64,000 bases of DNA from Eledone cirrhosa (GCA_964016885.1 OZ024743.1:370202001-370266000), one strand, 5' to 3'; numbered from the stretch's first letter, positions 1 through 13,216 are shown. The notes: generated by a model from the letters alone, not told the origin. Translations and numbers: made by a program.

Positions 1-1580
1 TTTGATTGGTGCTGGTATTATGTAGTCGTGCTGTGAAATGTCTGTGTTCAATTATGTAAGTCATTAGTTTCTTGTTGTGCATTTCTTTTTCTGGGAGTGG
101 GGTGTGGTTCTGCTATTTTCATATCGTTGTTGCTAGGTGTGTGTCTTTTGTTGTTGTGTTTGCGATGTTGGTGCTTGTGGTGGTGTTGTTGAAGGTGTTG
201 TTGTTGGCGGTGGTGTTGCCGCCGGTGGTGATGGTGGTGCTAGTGTGGGTGGTGATGGTGTTGGTGGTGTTGCTGCTATAAGTCTCTTTGCAGTAGCCTT
301 CACCCTTTTTTCATTTCTTCCCTCCCTTTTCGAAGGCGACGATGCGCTGCTTCTGCGTTTGTGCCTCCTTGCGATCTTTTGCCATCCCTCTCCCACCTCA
401 CACTCCATGTCCGATTCTGTGAGGTCGGGGAGGGGTACCAGCTCCACTCTTTCACTTGTTCTTGTTGGTGATGGTTGCAGTGGAGTCTCTGTTGCAGCTG
501 CAGTTGGTATTACTATTGTTGTCGTAAATACTTCCACTGCGGCTGCTGTTCTTGTTTTCCGTGGCGTGGGTATAGGTGCCACGGACCATCCTTCCTGCTT
601 GCTGCCTGTCCTGTTGCTGGTAACAGTGGGGCCGGTTTCGGAAGGAGGGGGGGGGTCTCCTTTCTCAGGGTCTTCTCATTGCAGAAGGCCCTGAGGTGAG
701 TCTTCGACCCACAGCGAAAGCATTTCGGGCGTTTGCACTCAATACTTATGGGAGGTTGAGTGCCGTTATCGAAGTCTATCATTTCTGGGATAGCTACGTG
801 CACTCCTGGTTGATTTGAATTAACATCTCAATGGAGGCGCCGACCCAATCTTCACTTACTTTTTTCTGTACTTGCAGTACGGTTGTTTTGTCCTCGATTC
901 CGACGAGGACAGACGCGGCCAGCCAAGAAGAGGCCATCCCGAGGGGGACTTGGGTCAGTTTGACCCTCACAAATTTTTTCCTGCAGTAGGAGGGCACCAA
1001 CACCATTTCCTCGCTCCTTAGGGTTACTAAGGATTGAGCCTTTGCCTCCTGGGCTATGGCAAAAAGCACGTCCACGGTGGCATATTTCTTGCCTCGGGTG
1101 ATATGCGTTTTCCACTGCCACACTTGAGCCTCTGTAGCTCTTTCAACCCTACGTGATTTTGAGCTTACTCTACGGTACGTGACCATACAGTGCTGTTGGG
1201 TTTCGAAAAATGTTCGGCTTCCTTGCAGATTGCTCGGTGTCCGGTTTTCATCACCATCTTCCTTGCTTCCTGTAATTCCACAGTTGAGGAATTACAGGAA
1301 GCAAGGAAGATACCTGCAAACGATATTGGTTTTTCTTTCTTGTTGTTGTTGTCGTGAGAGCTGCTGTTACTTTTGTTGTTACTGCTGGTACTACGACCGC
1401 CACCGCCGCTGTTGTTGCTGTTGTTGTTGTTGTTGTTTCTGTTGCTGTTGCTGCTGCTGCTGCTGTTGTTGTTTATGCTGCTGCTGATGTTGTTGCGGCT
1501 GCTACTATATTTTTCTCGCCACCGTTGCTACTGCTGCTGTTATTACGGCTGCTGCTGCTATTCTTCATGACGCCAGACGA
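1..1580 (-). pseudogene. Frameshifted gag-like ORF1 with CX2CX4HX4C zinc knuckle
   Basis: RPKCFRCGSKTHLRAFC in 513..803; split across frames; CAG/CAA-rich low-complexity start at 1330-1570. Confidence 0.8.
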
Positions 1581-2064
1581 ATGAAATGGCTCTCCGTATT
1601 TACCGCACACATCTTTCGTTGACGTCGTTGTAGAGAAATGTTTCCACGGCACGCGCGTTTTCTTGATGAAGAACGCTACGAGAAACTACACATTTTATAT
1701 CTTTAATGGCGTCGCTTGCGACAGAGGCGACACCACATTTAGAGAAGGGGGGGGAGAGAGAGAAAATCTTTTCTCTGATGTAATGACGATTGTGGAAGAA
1801 GAAGACGGAAGGAGTGGGAGTGACTTGTGAAAATTCTTTTTTGTAGCCATGTTTTTTACGGTTTAAAATGAATATTGGGCACAAATCCTAAATAACCGCT
1901 TATTTAACCCCGAAGGGCCAAATAACGGGCAGAAAGACCCCTCTCACGAGGAGGAGGGTGTCTTTATCTACAATTTGGTTCAAGTTTTAAACAATTTATA
2001 ATTGTCATAACGGTTAAAAATTACAATAGCTTACAGAGCCGAGCCTCCATCAACCATGGCGTTC
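1..2064 (-). mobile_element. Tx1/L1-clade LINE copy 1: putative 5' leader plus decayed ORF1; continues off the left edge
   Basis: ORF pieces 794..1186, 513..803 and 133..582 parallel ORF1 of copy 2 (LVPSYC, IPEMIDF, zinc knuckle CFRCGSKTHLRAFC, Pro/Thr-rich tail). Assigning 1580-2064 to the element is inferred. Confidence 0.8.
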
Positions 2065-2266
2065 AATAATAATAATAATAATTGTTTCTACTTTAGGCAC
2101 AAAGCCAGCAATTACCCAGCGCATTACTGGTACTTTATTTTATCGACCCGTAAGGATGAAAGGCAAAGTTAACCTCGGCGGGATTTGAACTCAGACCGTA
2201 AAGGGACGTAACTATGCTGGAAAGCATGGCGTCCGAACCTCTACCGATACTGCCAATGCACCGCCC
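2065..2266 (-). mobile_element. tRNA-derived SINE, copy 1
   Basis: Minus strand: A-box-like TGGCAGTATCGG, B-box GTTCAAATCC, central GCCTTTCATCCTTACGGGTCGATAAAAT (resembles the MetaSINE core, from recall), (ATT)n tail; similar copies at 19.1, 22.4 and 24.7 kb. Confidence 0.9.
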
Positions 2267-2589
2267 TCATATTATTAATAATAATAATAATGCTTTCTTT
2301 ATTAACAACAAGGGTTTACACAAAGTAAGTCATTAAGGACAATACAGGACAATACAGGACGGTAAAAATGGGCATTTCTGCGTGTAAAAAAAAACAAAAA
2401 AAAGAGAATGTAACAAAATAAGAAACAATGAAAAATTCCCCAATAGGGGGGAGACTTGCGACGGACATTTGTAGAGAAAGCCCATTAAAAAAACAGTGAC
2501 CCTGACCACCAGGACAAGTGCCCTCTCCCAGTTTTCCACCTTTATTTACAGACACATACTCAGAGTAGGCCCATTCACTCGGGCCATTC

Positions 2590-5500
2590 TTGCCTCTCTC
2601 ACCCATCTTTCAACAAAATGCTGGGAGAGAGCACTTCCCTCTCTACCATGATTTTCCTTTTTAAATGAAATTTGAAAAAGTTAATCAGGGCATCACCGAA
2701 GAGGTAAGTGCTCGTCTTCAGCCCTTTCAAACGCGTCCACCATACTATCTCTTTCGCCATGACAGATAAAAATTGCCTGCCCTTCCCGGCTAAAGGAAGA
2801 GGGCGGGGCAATCCTCACGATGGACTCAGCTGATAGCTGGATCCGTCCTACACGCGACAGCAGGTGTTCGACATAAACCCACAAGTCAGCAATGCTCGGA
2901 CACTGGACGAGTGCGTGCAGGACGGTTTCGCCGCCCTGCGCGCATCTCGGACATGCCCGGTTGACGGCACCTCCATGCCTGTAGAGTTTATCCTGAACTG
3001 GCAAAGCTCGTCGGTAGTACTGCCAGGCCAGGGAGATTGGCTAGTTGATTTTCGTCGAAGAGATTGGCTAGTTGATTTTCGTCGACGCCTAGAGTTTCCC
3101 CAAGTCCGTCGTCGCTCTTCCCCTCCACTAATCCTCTATAGAACACCAAACTGGAGTTTCCACCGATCACATTGCCCGATTTGTCGAGGGCTGTGAGCGC
3201 CTGAAGACATTCCAGTCTCCAAGCGCTCCCTCTCGGTCTTCGCTTGACCCAGGACTGCAGCTCCGTCAAGGAGACGAGCTGGGGAAAGACGCGTCTAGCA
3301 AACGGCGCCCACATCTGATCACTGTCGAGGAAGAGGTGGAGATGTCTGCGCATCATCAGCCACGGCATGCCCAGCCCTCCACGTAGCGGGTGGTGACAGC
3401 AGATGGACCGCCTGACCATCGGAGCGCGTCCTTTCCACAAAAAGCGAAAGAGCAAATGCTCCAGCGCAGTCAGACGAGGCTTAGGACAAGGCACGACGGG
3501 CAGGTGGTAGTAGATGACGGACGCGATGTAGGCGTTAGCCCCCTCCGCTCGACCTTTCAGGGATAGCTTCCTCTCGGCCCATTTCTGGGTGACAGAAGCC
3601 ACCCTGCTCGTCACCTCGTCCCAGTGTTTGTCCGTCTGGAGGTCCGGACCGAACCAGACCCCTAGCAGTTTAACCGGTCCGTCCATCCAGCGCCCGACTA
3701 CGCTGTTGGACGGCATGAACCTGCCTCTCCAGGTGCCGAGCTGCAGGCCCACCGACCTTTCCTGGTTGATCATTGCTCCTGTCACCGCTTCGTATTCTCT
3801 TAGTGTGGTGCCGATCGCCTCGATGTGTTTGGCGTTCGACACCACTACAGTGACGTCGTCTGCATATGCTGACACGGTATTCCGCATCCTAGTTCGCGTG
3901 GAACCTCCTCAACGTCTCCAGTTTGTGCAGTAATGGCTCGAGAGTCAATACGTACAAGAGGGACGAGAGTGGACATCCTTGGCGGACCAAGCGCATGATG
4001 TTGAACAGTTCCGAAAGGTGACCGTTCACTCTCACCACAGAGCAGATGTCGCTGTGCATGGCAACCATCCAGCCTCTGAAGACGGGTCCAAATCCAGCCG
4101 CCCTCAGGACTGCCGCCAGATAACGATGGTCGATCCTATCTAAAGCTTTCGACTGATCTAAATTGATCAAGGACTCACTCGTGCCAGGTTCCTAAGCTAC
4201 CCTTTCCACGATGTATCGCATGAGGTGGCGGTTGTTGTCGGGAATGGCGCATGTCTGCGCCTCTCGCACCTGACCACCAACGACAAGCGCCAACCTCTTT
4301 GCTAGCACCTTGGCCAAAATCTTGAACTCTGTGTTTAGCAGAGTTATGGGCCTGAAATTATCCCCCTTGTTCGGATCCTTTCTCAGCAGCGCCACCGCTC
4401 CTCGGCTCACAGAGCTGGGAATTCTCCCGTTCTGTTTCCAGTTGCAGTAGACGTCCGCCAAGATACCTCCGAACAAGTCTGGCATCTGTACGTAAAGTTC
4501 ATAGAGCAGACCATCCAAACCAGGCGATTTACCCCTTGTGCAGCCAGTCATTGCCTCCCGTACTTCAGCGGCTGTTATCGACTTTTCGCAACACTCCGCC
4601 TCAGTGGCCGAGAGCCGTGGCAGTCCGTCGAGGTAGACACTAAAGTCCATCCCTCGATCCGTCCCGCTGCTGCCCCCGAACAGCTGAGCGAAGTGTCGCT
4701 GAAAAGCTTCACACATTTGCCCGGGATTGAGTAGCATGCGCCCGTCGTGGTCCACCAAAGACCGGATCGTGGCTTTGTTGCCACGACGCGCCTCTGCCAC
4801 TCCGGCCCATTGAACGGCTTTCGTCCACTCGTTTCTGAGAGCACGCACCCTAGCTCTGACAACGCAGCATTCGTGCTTTGCATTGAAGAATTGGTCAAGG
4901 GCCAATTTCGCCGCAAGTACGTCGGTCGCGATGCCTTTGCTAAGCGCCTCGTCTAATTTTCTAACTAATTCTCCCTCTGCTCTATTTTTCTCTATTGCTA
5001 AAGCCTTACTAAACCTAATGGACTATATTCTAATCGCTCTTTTCAGAGCAATCCACCATTTGTTGTTGGCGATGGCCCCCGTCAACGCCCGCTTAACTAG
5101 TTCGCTAATCCGGTCTCTGTAGGGCTTGCGCGCTGTTAATGACGCGTTTAGCTTCCAGTAGTCGGGTCCTTGTCTATGAAGCCTATCTAAGTCAAGCACA
5201 CAGATCAAGAATGTGTGGTTCGTGTAGCTGACTATCTTGAATTGTGGACGGCCTATGCTAGACCTATATATCTCCCTACAAAATACTCTATCTAGATATG
5301 AACTGGATGATCCGATGAAGTTTGTCCAAGTCCACATTGGCACATTCGGGAAATCCAATCGGTACCTGTCAGACAGTTCAAAACGCCTGAGCACGTTGGT
5401 GAGGCTCTTGCACCCTCCTTCCCTATCCGCTAATCCCACACAGTCCCAGCGTGCATCTAATATCCCGTTCCACTCGCCCAGTAACACTGAAGAGCGGGAT

Positions 5501-5894
5501 GTTCGAAGTAAGGTCTCCAGACGCCGGAAGAAATCAGGCCGCCCTGCTCCTGTCGGGGCATAGACGGCCACTAGCCTGAAAGCTTGCCCATCTCCGCTGG
5601 TCACGTCCAGCACTATCAACTTAGCTTCTGGGGCCAGGAACATGGCCCGTATAGCAAGATCCAAACCTCTCCGAAAAGGCAATGCAACTCCTCCCACGAT
5701 CCTGGACCACTGGTAGATGCGTACACATCGTAGCCGCTGAAGATCGGTGCGAAGGCCCGTGCTTCGGAGATTCTGGTCTCGCTGATGCCCACCACATCTA
5801 TGTTTAGTGAACTGAGGTCGTTGAGCCGGTGGTCCTGCTTCCATGACGACTCCAAGCGACGCGCATTTATGCTGCCTATTCTGAGTGAGGTCAT
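2590..5894 (-). pseudogene. LINE ORF2: APE endonuclease, reverse transcriptase, C-terminal zinc finger; several frameshifts and stops
   Basis: MTSLRIGSINARRL, ISET, VAVYAP, YLDRVF, WKLN (endonuclease); KSPGLDG, NFRPITLLNTEFKILAK, LDQSKALDRIDH, VRQGCPLS, AYADD (RT); CPRC..ETVLHALVQC; 27-bp in-frame duplication near 3033-3085. Confidence 0.93.
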
Positions 5895-5929
5895 GTTGAA
5901 AAGGACTGGAAAAAGCTGGGAAAGACCAC

Positions 5930-7820
5930 TTACCTCACTTTTCGTGGGGGGAGGATAGTTTTTCCATCCCGCTCACTGCTTGTGGCCTCCTCCGGAAGGA
6001 TGTCCTTATAAATCCTCCTGGAGAGTGTTTGTCGGAAGTCTCCGATGTCTTTGGGGAATTTTTGTTTTAGTGTCGTGTACGTTTTCTGTGTGATGCGAGT
6101 GATTTGTATGTGTGGAGGTGGTGTGAATTTTTGGGGTGTTGCGTAGTCTTTTTCTATGATGCTGGTGTTGTGTTGGATGTAGTGTAATAAGTGGTTGTTG
6201 TTCAAATGTAATGCTGTGTAGTGTGTATCGTTTTGGTTGTTTCGTTTTGTTTGCGTTTGTTGTGGGTTTGTTTCTGTTTCGCTTTTTGGTGACTTTTGTG
6301 GTGTTGGTGATGATGGTGTTGGGGTTAATGATGGTGATGGGGTTGGTGATGCTTGTGTGGATGGTGGCATAGCTGTCCTAACTTTTTTGTTTGTTAGTTT
6401 ATTTGTTTCCCTCTGTATTTTGTTTTTGGATGGGGAAGGAAGAGGATCTTTTCTTTTTTGGTTTCTTTTTCTTTTTTTCTTTTTTCCTGATACAGTTTCC
6501 CACTCCTCGTCGTCACAATCTGTCTCCAGTTGCGATAGGTCGGGCGTGGTGGATGGTGGAGGCGCTGGTGCTAGTTCTGGCGTGTTGGGTGGTGGTGGTG
6601 TTAGTTTTGCTGGTGGTGGTGGTGTTGGTTTTGCTACTGTTGCTGGGGGTGTTGCTGCTACAGTTGTTGCTGCCATTTCTGCTGCTGGTGGTGTTGATGG
6701 TTGAGTCACTCGGGTGGGTAACAGAGGTGGCCTCAACCTTTTAGCCTGAGGGCAGAAAGCCTTTAGGTGGGTTCCTTCACCACAAACGACACACCTAGGC
6801 CTTCTACCCTCAATGATTACGGTGAGGTGGCTGCCGTCAGTGAGGTCTATTATCTCTGGGATCTCCTCAATGCTTTTTTGGTCCGCTTGGACCAGGAGCT
6901 CCATCCCAGATCCGGACCAGTTCTCCTGCTTTTATTTTGTTACTTCGATTATTTTCGTGTTGGCCTCGATGCCGGCCAGGATGGGAGCCATTAGCCAGGG
7001 AAATTTCGATGACCGGTGGAACGTGGGTCACCCTGATCTTCTCGAGTCTCTGAACACAATAGCTTGGGACGAGTGTGAACTCGTCACTTCTTAATGGGGC
7101 CATGGAGTGCTCTCTGGCTTCCTGTGGCGTCCCAAAGAACACGTCCACAGTTCCATATTTCTGCTCACGTCTGATGTGGGCTGTTTTCGCTCACACATGT
7201 CCCAAAGCTTTTTGTATTTGTGACTCGGATGCCCGTTCCACTCGGCGTGATTTTGTGTTTATCGTCCGATATGACACGGTGCATAGGCGCCTATGCTCCA
7301 GTTTATTAGGGGGGAGATGAGTCTGACCCTGTACCCATCTTTTTTTACCATTCGCTTGGCTTCATTTAATTCATCCTGGCTTACCTCGATTGTTTCGCTT
7401 TTCTTGGCTGCTTTGGCAAACGATACATTTGCGCTGGTGTTGATGTTTTTGTTGTTATTCTCATTGTTGTTGTTATTGTTATTTTTGTTATTGTTATTTT
7501 TAGTTTCAGTTGTTGTGGTGGTGGCGTCAGTGGTGTTCGGTGTGGAAGAATTGATTCTGGGTGAATCCATTTCGATATCACGAGATAATAATTTTTTTGT
7601 TTCTGTTGTCGCTGTGGTGGTGGTGGGGGTGGCGGCTTTAACACCTGCAGTTATTGGTAATGGCGGGAAATGAATGTCTGCATGTGACAAATTTAAATTA
7701 TTGCCACTGCTTATATTTTTAGTATTGGCAAACGTAGTAATATTTACAATGGTGGTGTTGGTGTGAGGTATTAGTTTGTGAGGAAGGTTGTCAGCTTCGT
7801 GTGGCTGTGAGTCGTCCATG
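5930..7820 (-). pseudogene. LINE ORF1 (gag-like, zinc knuckle), frameshifted
   Basis: RPRCVVCGEGTHLKAFC in 5930..6904; upstream pieces 6867..7148 and 7259..7903; basic KKKKRKR stretch; stop 36 bp before the ORF2 start. Confidence 0.85.
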
Positions 7821-7871
7821 TTTTTTTCAAAGAAGGTTTTTGTTTGATAATTATAAAAGTTTAAATTTTGG

Positions 7872-9330
7872 ATAATAATAATGTTGATTTCTGTATTAGC
7901 CACATAGGGCCAACATTAAAGACAACAGAGGGCGGCACAGGACGATATAGTGTGGGGTTTTGCGTGTAAATGGATATAACAAAAACATTAGGATTGTTCC
8001 GTCGCCCTACGCGTGTCTCGGACAGGCCTGGCTGACGGCACTTCTTGGCCTGTAGAGTTTATCTCGAATTCGAGATGCTCCTCGGTAGCACTATCTGGCT
8101 AGGTACTTCCGGAAGTTATCTATAGGAAATGAACCGAAATACCTCCGGTAAAGTGTGGCTGCTTGATTTCCGCCGACCTCTATATTCTCCCCAAGGACGT
8201 CGTCGTATTTACCGGCTACTAACCCTTTATAGAAAATCACAGTGGAGTTTCCGCCGATTTTACTGTTAGATTTGTAGAGGGATGTGAGCGCTTGCAGCTA
8301 TTCCAGTTCCCAAGCGCTCCCGGTTTTTGCTTGACACAAGGCTGCAACTCTGTCAAGGAGATGAGCTGGGGAAAACGCGTAGAGCGAATGGTAAACACAC
8401 CTGTTCACCGTTAACGAAAAGCTGGAGACGTACTAACTAGGACATCATCAGCCACGACATGTCCTGTCCACCACGCAGCGGATACTGACAGCAAATAGAT
8501 AGCCTGACCATGGGCACGCGTCCCTTCCACAAAAAGTGAAATAGCAAACACTCCAATGCAGTCAGACGTGCACCAGGACAAAGCCCGACAGTCATGCTAT
8601 AGTAGATGACGGACGCGATGTATGCGTTCTCACTTCTGCCAAACTTTTCACGAACGGCGTCCAATCGGCTCATTTATAAATGGAAGCAAACACCCTGCTT
8701 GTTACCTCATTCCATATTTTGTCGATTTGTAGGTCTATACCAAACCAAACAACGCTGTTTGTTAGCCTTTCCATTTTCCGATCTATAGACCCAACGACAT
8801 TTCATGGTTAATATTCACCCCTGTTACCGCTTCGTAATCCTTGAGAACAGTATCGATCATCATCGTCTGCATATGCTGACACAGATTCCCCATATCCCAG
8901 TTCGCGCGGGATGCCCTCAACGCCTTCAATTTGTGTAGTCGTGACTCGAGGGACAATGCATAATACAGAGACGAGAAGACATAACCTTAGCGGACCAAGC
9001 GCATGATGGTGAACGGTTCTGAGAGGTGAAGGATCACTTTGACTACAGAGCAGATGTCAATGTGGTTTGGAGTGATCTATCCTCCGAAAACTGGTCCGAA
9101 GCCGGTTGCGTTGAAGATTGCCGCCAGGTACCGATGGTCAACCCTATCGAAACCTTTTAATCGATCTACTTTGATGAAGTCCCCACCTGTGCCAGGTTCC
9201 TTAACCAACCTCTCTATGATGTATCACATACGGTGGATCTGTTCGGTAAGGCGCATTTCTGTACCGCCCTTACGAGACCATCGACGACAAGCGCCAACCT
9301 CATTGTTAACAACATGGCCAAAATTTTAAA
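7872..9330 (-). mobile_element. Tx1/L1-clade LINE copy 3: 5'-truncated, more decayed RT, C-terminal region and 3' UTR
   Basis: ENAYIASVIYY...LLFHFLWKGRVPMVR in 8437..8673 matches copy 2; GCATATGCAGACGAT (AYADD) near 8865-8878; 7872-7970 resembles the copy 2 3' UTR at 2281-2390. Confidence 0.88.
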
Positions 9331-9639
9331 CCCTTTTAGCTGAGATATTGATCTAAATTTATGACACACTTACACGCACACACAAAGGTACATAGGTGTA
9401 TGTATTGCTGTGTCGTAAGGTGTTTGTTTCACAACTACGGGGTTCGGGGTACACTCCCACTGCGTCTTTTACAACAGCATCAGCTTTACAAATGTCTTAT
9501 GATTGAAATTCGGTCGATGAAAATTGCAGAAGCTTGCCGTGGCAGTGGAGAAGTTGCTGCACACAAAGACCACCATCCCAGTGTGCGCCTGTGCAGCCAC
9601 ATCAGACGCAGCACCGCCATCTGCAGCTGAAACCAAATT

Positions 9640-11345
9640 CTTCAGGCGCAGATCCATTGTCTTTCGAGACAATGGAGGGTGTAGTTATATTTGATCATTT
9701 TTCTATGTAAGGGTTCTAAACTATAATATGTGGAATGATTTGGATTTGGTTGTGATGAGGATTTGGTTACTCTACGTAGGTTCGTGGTGTTACGTTTGTT
9801 TGCTGGTTGTGAAGTAGCTAGTGCGTTACGTTTGTTGTTAGACATTATGCTAGGGTTATGTGTATTATTATGTTTGGATATGCGCCTTCAGTTGAGCTTT
9901 GTTATGTACGCATCAAGATTCATTGCATTTGAGTATGATAATTCAATTGTTTTCCTATTTAACATTTTGTGGTATTTGTGTGACTTAGGGAAATGTTTAT
10001 CTATTAGATTGAAGAAAACTAAGGGTAGGTTGGTGTTAATCACATAGTTAAAGACAGAATTATACCAGAGGTACATTATACCTCTAGATTTAAAAAAATG
10101 TTATTGAGTGTCTGATTTGTTTGAGTGGTTGATCTAATATTCTATTCTTTTGTTGTTTATTTCTACTAGTTCTAGAGATTTGAGTACGTATATTAGTTTC
10201 ATTATTGATTATCTGTTCTAGCTTATCACTTTTATTGTTGTGTTTTGTGCGGTGGTAGGTTTTACCACCGTTAACTCTAGAGTTGGGTCTAGTTCTACAA
10301 TGTGATGCGTGTCTACTTAACTCGCTTTCGCTAATATATTCTAGTATATCTTTATGATCACTTACGTAATGCACTATTGTAGTAGTCTGCATGCTTATTA
10401 AATATTTCTATTGAGAATGATAGGTGGGACATTCTAAGAGATAAGTTGCGTGTTAGTTGTTTGATTAAGGATCGTGGGGGGGGGGGGGGGGGCTTGATTT
10501 ATGCTAGGTTCTCATTATTTTTACGGAACGTTTCTATTAATCCTGTGTTTAGATTGAGTGTCACGTCTAAGAAGTTAATCTTTTTGAAGTTATGCTCGAA
10601 TTTTTTTTTTTTAGGCCCAATCCTCCGAAGAGGGTTCTAATTTTCTTCCGTAATCTTTCTGGGTTCTGGTTATTTGTGTTTCTGATTAGTAGAAGGGCGT
10701 CGTCTCTATAAATTCCTCCTGTTGATTTATCAAATTCTCTATGGATATTATGGGCTATGTCCGTGATTTGTACCGAATCGCTGGAGCCCATTGTGATATC
10801 GAAGCTATTTTCTCTATCACGCCGTTTTCAAATTCAATAATCGTTCGCCTCGCAGCTATAAACTATTTTAATTTCATTCATGGTTAGGTCCGAGTTTTTA
10901 TTAGTGAAAGCGAGTGTCTTATTTAGGAGGACTGGAGATATGGATGAATAGTAATCATTTATATCAAACTGTATGAACTTGGAGACCCCTTTATCGTCTA
11001 TTTCATTAAGCCAGTTGACCGCCTCTCTAGTGTTACCCCATAGTTTAATTTTCAGTTTATCTTTAATTTGTGCTATTACCCTATCTAGGATGTGTTTGCT
11101 GATTTTTCCTACATCTGATTTTGATGTACATAGTCTAACGGAAGGCTTCATCTCAAAACTGTTTTTGTGGTCACTTCTATCAGATAGCATAGTGGAAAAC
11201 ATGTGCTCAAATTTTTGGAAGGTTGTTGAATGTATAGAAAAGGTTTTGGACTTAAAATATCTAACATTGACTCTTGGTTTAATGAACTTCAGGATGTAAT
11301 GAAAGCCTATTTGTTTCGGAAGAAACAGTAAAATGTGTTCCATTG
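9640..11345 (-). mobile_element. Decayed Penelope-like retroelement RT region
   Basis: KPSVRLC.SKSDVGKISKHILD, KFIQFDINDYYSSIS, MGSSDSVQITDI, GIYRDDALL, YHRTKHNN; RT with a YRDD core as in PLEs (possibly Naiad-type, subclade inferred). Confidence 0.8.
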
Positions 11346-11879
11346 TTAGTTTCTAGGGCTGTTATAATAACCTATTGTGCTTGAAAGAGGAGAACCCCAG
11401 ACGAGTTCCTGATAGCAAGTGTGCAGGAGGACTTCTTATTAGAAAGTCGGTGGATGGTCTTCTTGAATAATATATTTGCTGATCTAAAGACGGATTCCAG
11501 CTTAATCCCAAAATTCTTCCCCTGTCTTAATCCTGGACGCATTTATTGCCTTTAATGTGATATCCTGCGCCTATCTGAGTACAAGAAGGCAGATGTATTT
11601 CCATGCCAAACACTGTAAGCTTCCTTCTTTGCCCAGATTACATCATTAACCTTCTGATTGAACCAAAGGAACCTCACGCTGCCCTGCCCCACTCTGTGTC
11701 ACTTTTGTTTGCACCATTCAACAGCTGATGCAGAAACTTCTTTATAATATTGAAACTTCGGTTGATAATTTATCGATAACATTCCAAGGAATATAAATTG
11801 TAGAGTGCTTTACTTCGGTTTATGACCTTTTGTGCAGATTTATATGACTGTGAGTATATTACATTTGAGTACGGACAGA

Positions 11880-12370
11880 GATATGTGTGTGCGTGTATGT
11901 ATCTTTGTAGATGTACGTGGGCACGGAGGTATTTGGGCGCGTATTTGGTTGAATGTATATGAGCCAGTGTGTGTGTGTGGGTGTGTGTGTGTGTGTGTGT
12001 GTGTGCGTGTGTGTGTGTGTACGTGCACCTAAAACAGGCTAAGGGATTACTGGTGAGTACGTTTATGTGTGTGTACATATACACATATGTATATATATAT
12101 ATATATATTTATAGAGATATATGTGTATGTGTGTGTATGTGTGTTTTTGGAAGCGTGTCTGTCTATGTGCCTCTTTGTACGGACAGGCGCGTGTATGTGT
12201 GTGTGTATATGAGACTGTGTGTGTGTATATGTATATGGGTGTGTATATGTACATGTGTGTGTATGTATATGTATATATATATATATTATATATATATATG
12301 TGCGCGTGTGTGTGTATGTGTTTGTATATATGTGTGTGTGTATGTGAGTGTATATGTGTGTGTGAGTGAC
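11880..12370. repeat. Compound (TG)n/(TA)n degenerate microsatellite
   Basis: Directly visible. Confidence 0.9.
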
Positions 12371-12584
12371 TTGTGAAATACCAAAGCCAGCATGAATTCA
12401 TTGAAGTATGTCGGACGGAGAGTAGCTGATGGGCAGTATAGCAGCAAATATTGGCCAGAATTCATGATGACGTAGAAAATAACAGCCAACAAGCGAGGAA
12501 GATGTTTTTTGAAGCTAAAACCCCAGTGAGAAAATTTGTTCCGAAACCTGCAGTTCTAGAATCAGACAGATCAATACAATGATC

Positions 12585-12622
12585 GTGTCTCGAGCTGTCT
12601 GCCGGCGAAACAATTGTAACAC
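12585..12622 (+). ncRNA. Degenerate minimal type I hammerhead motif (2-nt core deletion)
   Basis: GTGT-CT(--)CGA-GCTG tctgc CGGC-GAAA-CAATTG-TA-ACAC; all three stems pair but the CUGANGA core lacks GA. Confidence 0.5.
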
Positions 12623-12743
12623 ACAATAAATTGAATCCAGATGCATCACTGATTTTTCGTTTTATAATATATCACACTCTGCTCTCTAAGAACATAGAGT
12701 GTTCAACTGGCATACCGCCTATGGAAGCATCATAGCTACCACT

Positions 12744-12875
<132 letters not shown>

Positions 12876-12957
12876 TTATTCCGGGTTGAATCGGAGGTAA
12901 CCACAGTAAGTAAAGTACTCAATACATAGCAGAGTATAAATGTTTTAATATAGAAGA

Positions 12958-13006
12958 GCTTCTACAGGACTAGAGCTGTTTCATTCGTGAGAAATCATCA
13001 GGAAGC
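12958..13006 (-). ncRNA. Type I hammerhead ribozyme motif inside a ~120-bp inverted repeat
   Basis: Minus strand: GCTTC-CTGATGA-T TTC tcac GAA T-GAAA-CAG ctctagtc CTG-TA-GAAGC; stems I-III pair, GUA triplet. Confidence 0.8.
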
Positions 13007-13060
13007 ACTGATGATTTCTCACGAATGAAACAGTTCTAGTCCTGTAGAAGCTCTTCTATA

Positions 13061-13145
<85 letters not shown>

Positions 13146-13216
13146 CTTAAAATAAGAAAATACTTCTTAAAAAAAATAAAATTTCTTTTAATTTTTTCTT
13201 ACTTACTTAAATTTTC

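Larger units (their letters stand above)
2281..7870 (-). mobile_element. Near full-length decayed Tx1/L1-clade LINE copy 2 (ORF1 + ORF2 + 3' UTR with ATT tail)
   Basis: Colinear zinc-knuckle ORF1, AP endonuclease, RT and C-terminal Cys/His finger; 3' UTR ends in ATAAAAGAAAGC(ATT)n. Confidence 0.93.

Noticed and set aside
72-7673. Plus-strand Val/Gly/Leu-rich ORFs resembling membrane proteins
   Set aside because: Antisense shadows of the Pro/Thr-rich LINE ORF1 and of ORF2
11720-11770. CTGATGC...GAAACTTCGGTT hammerhead-like motif
   Set aside because: Core mismatched and stems I and II do not pair convincingly
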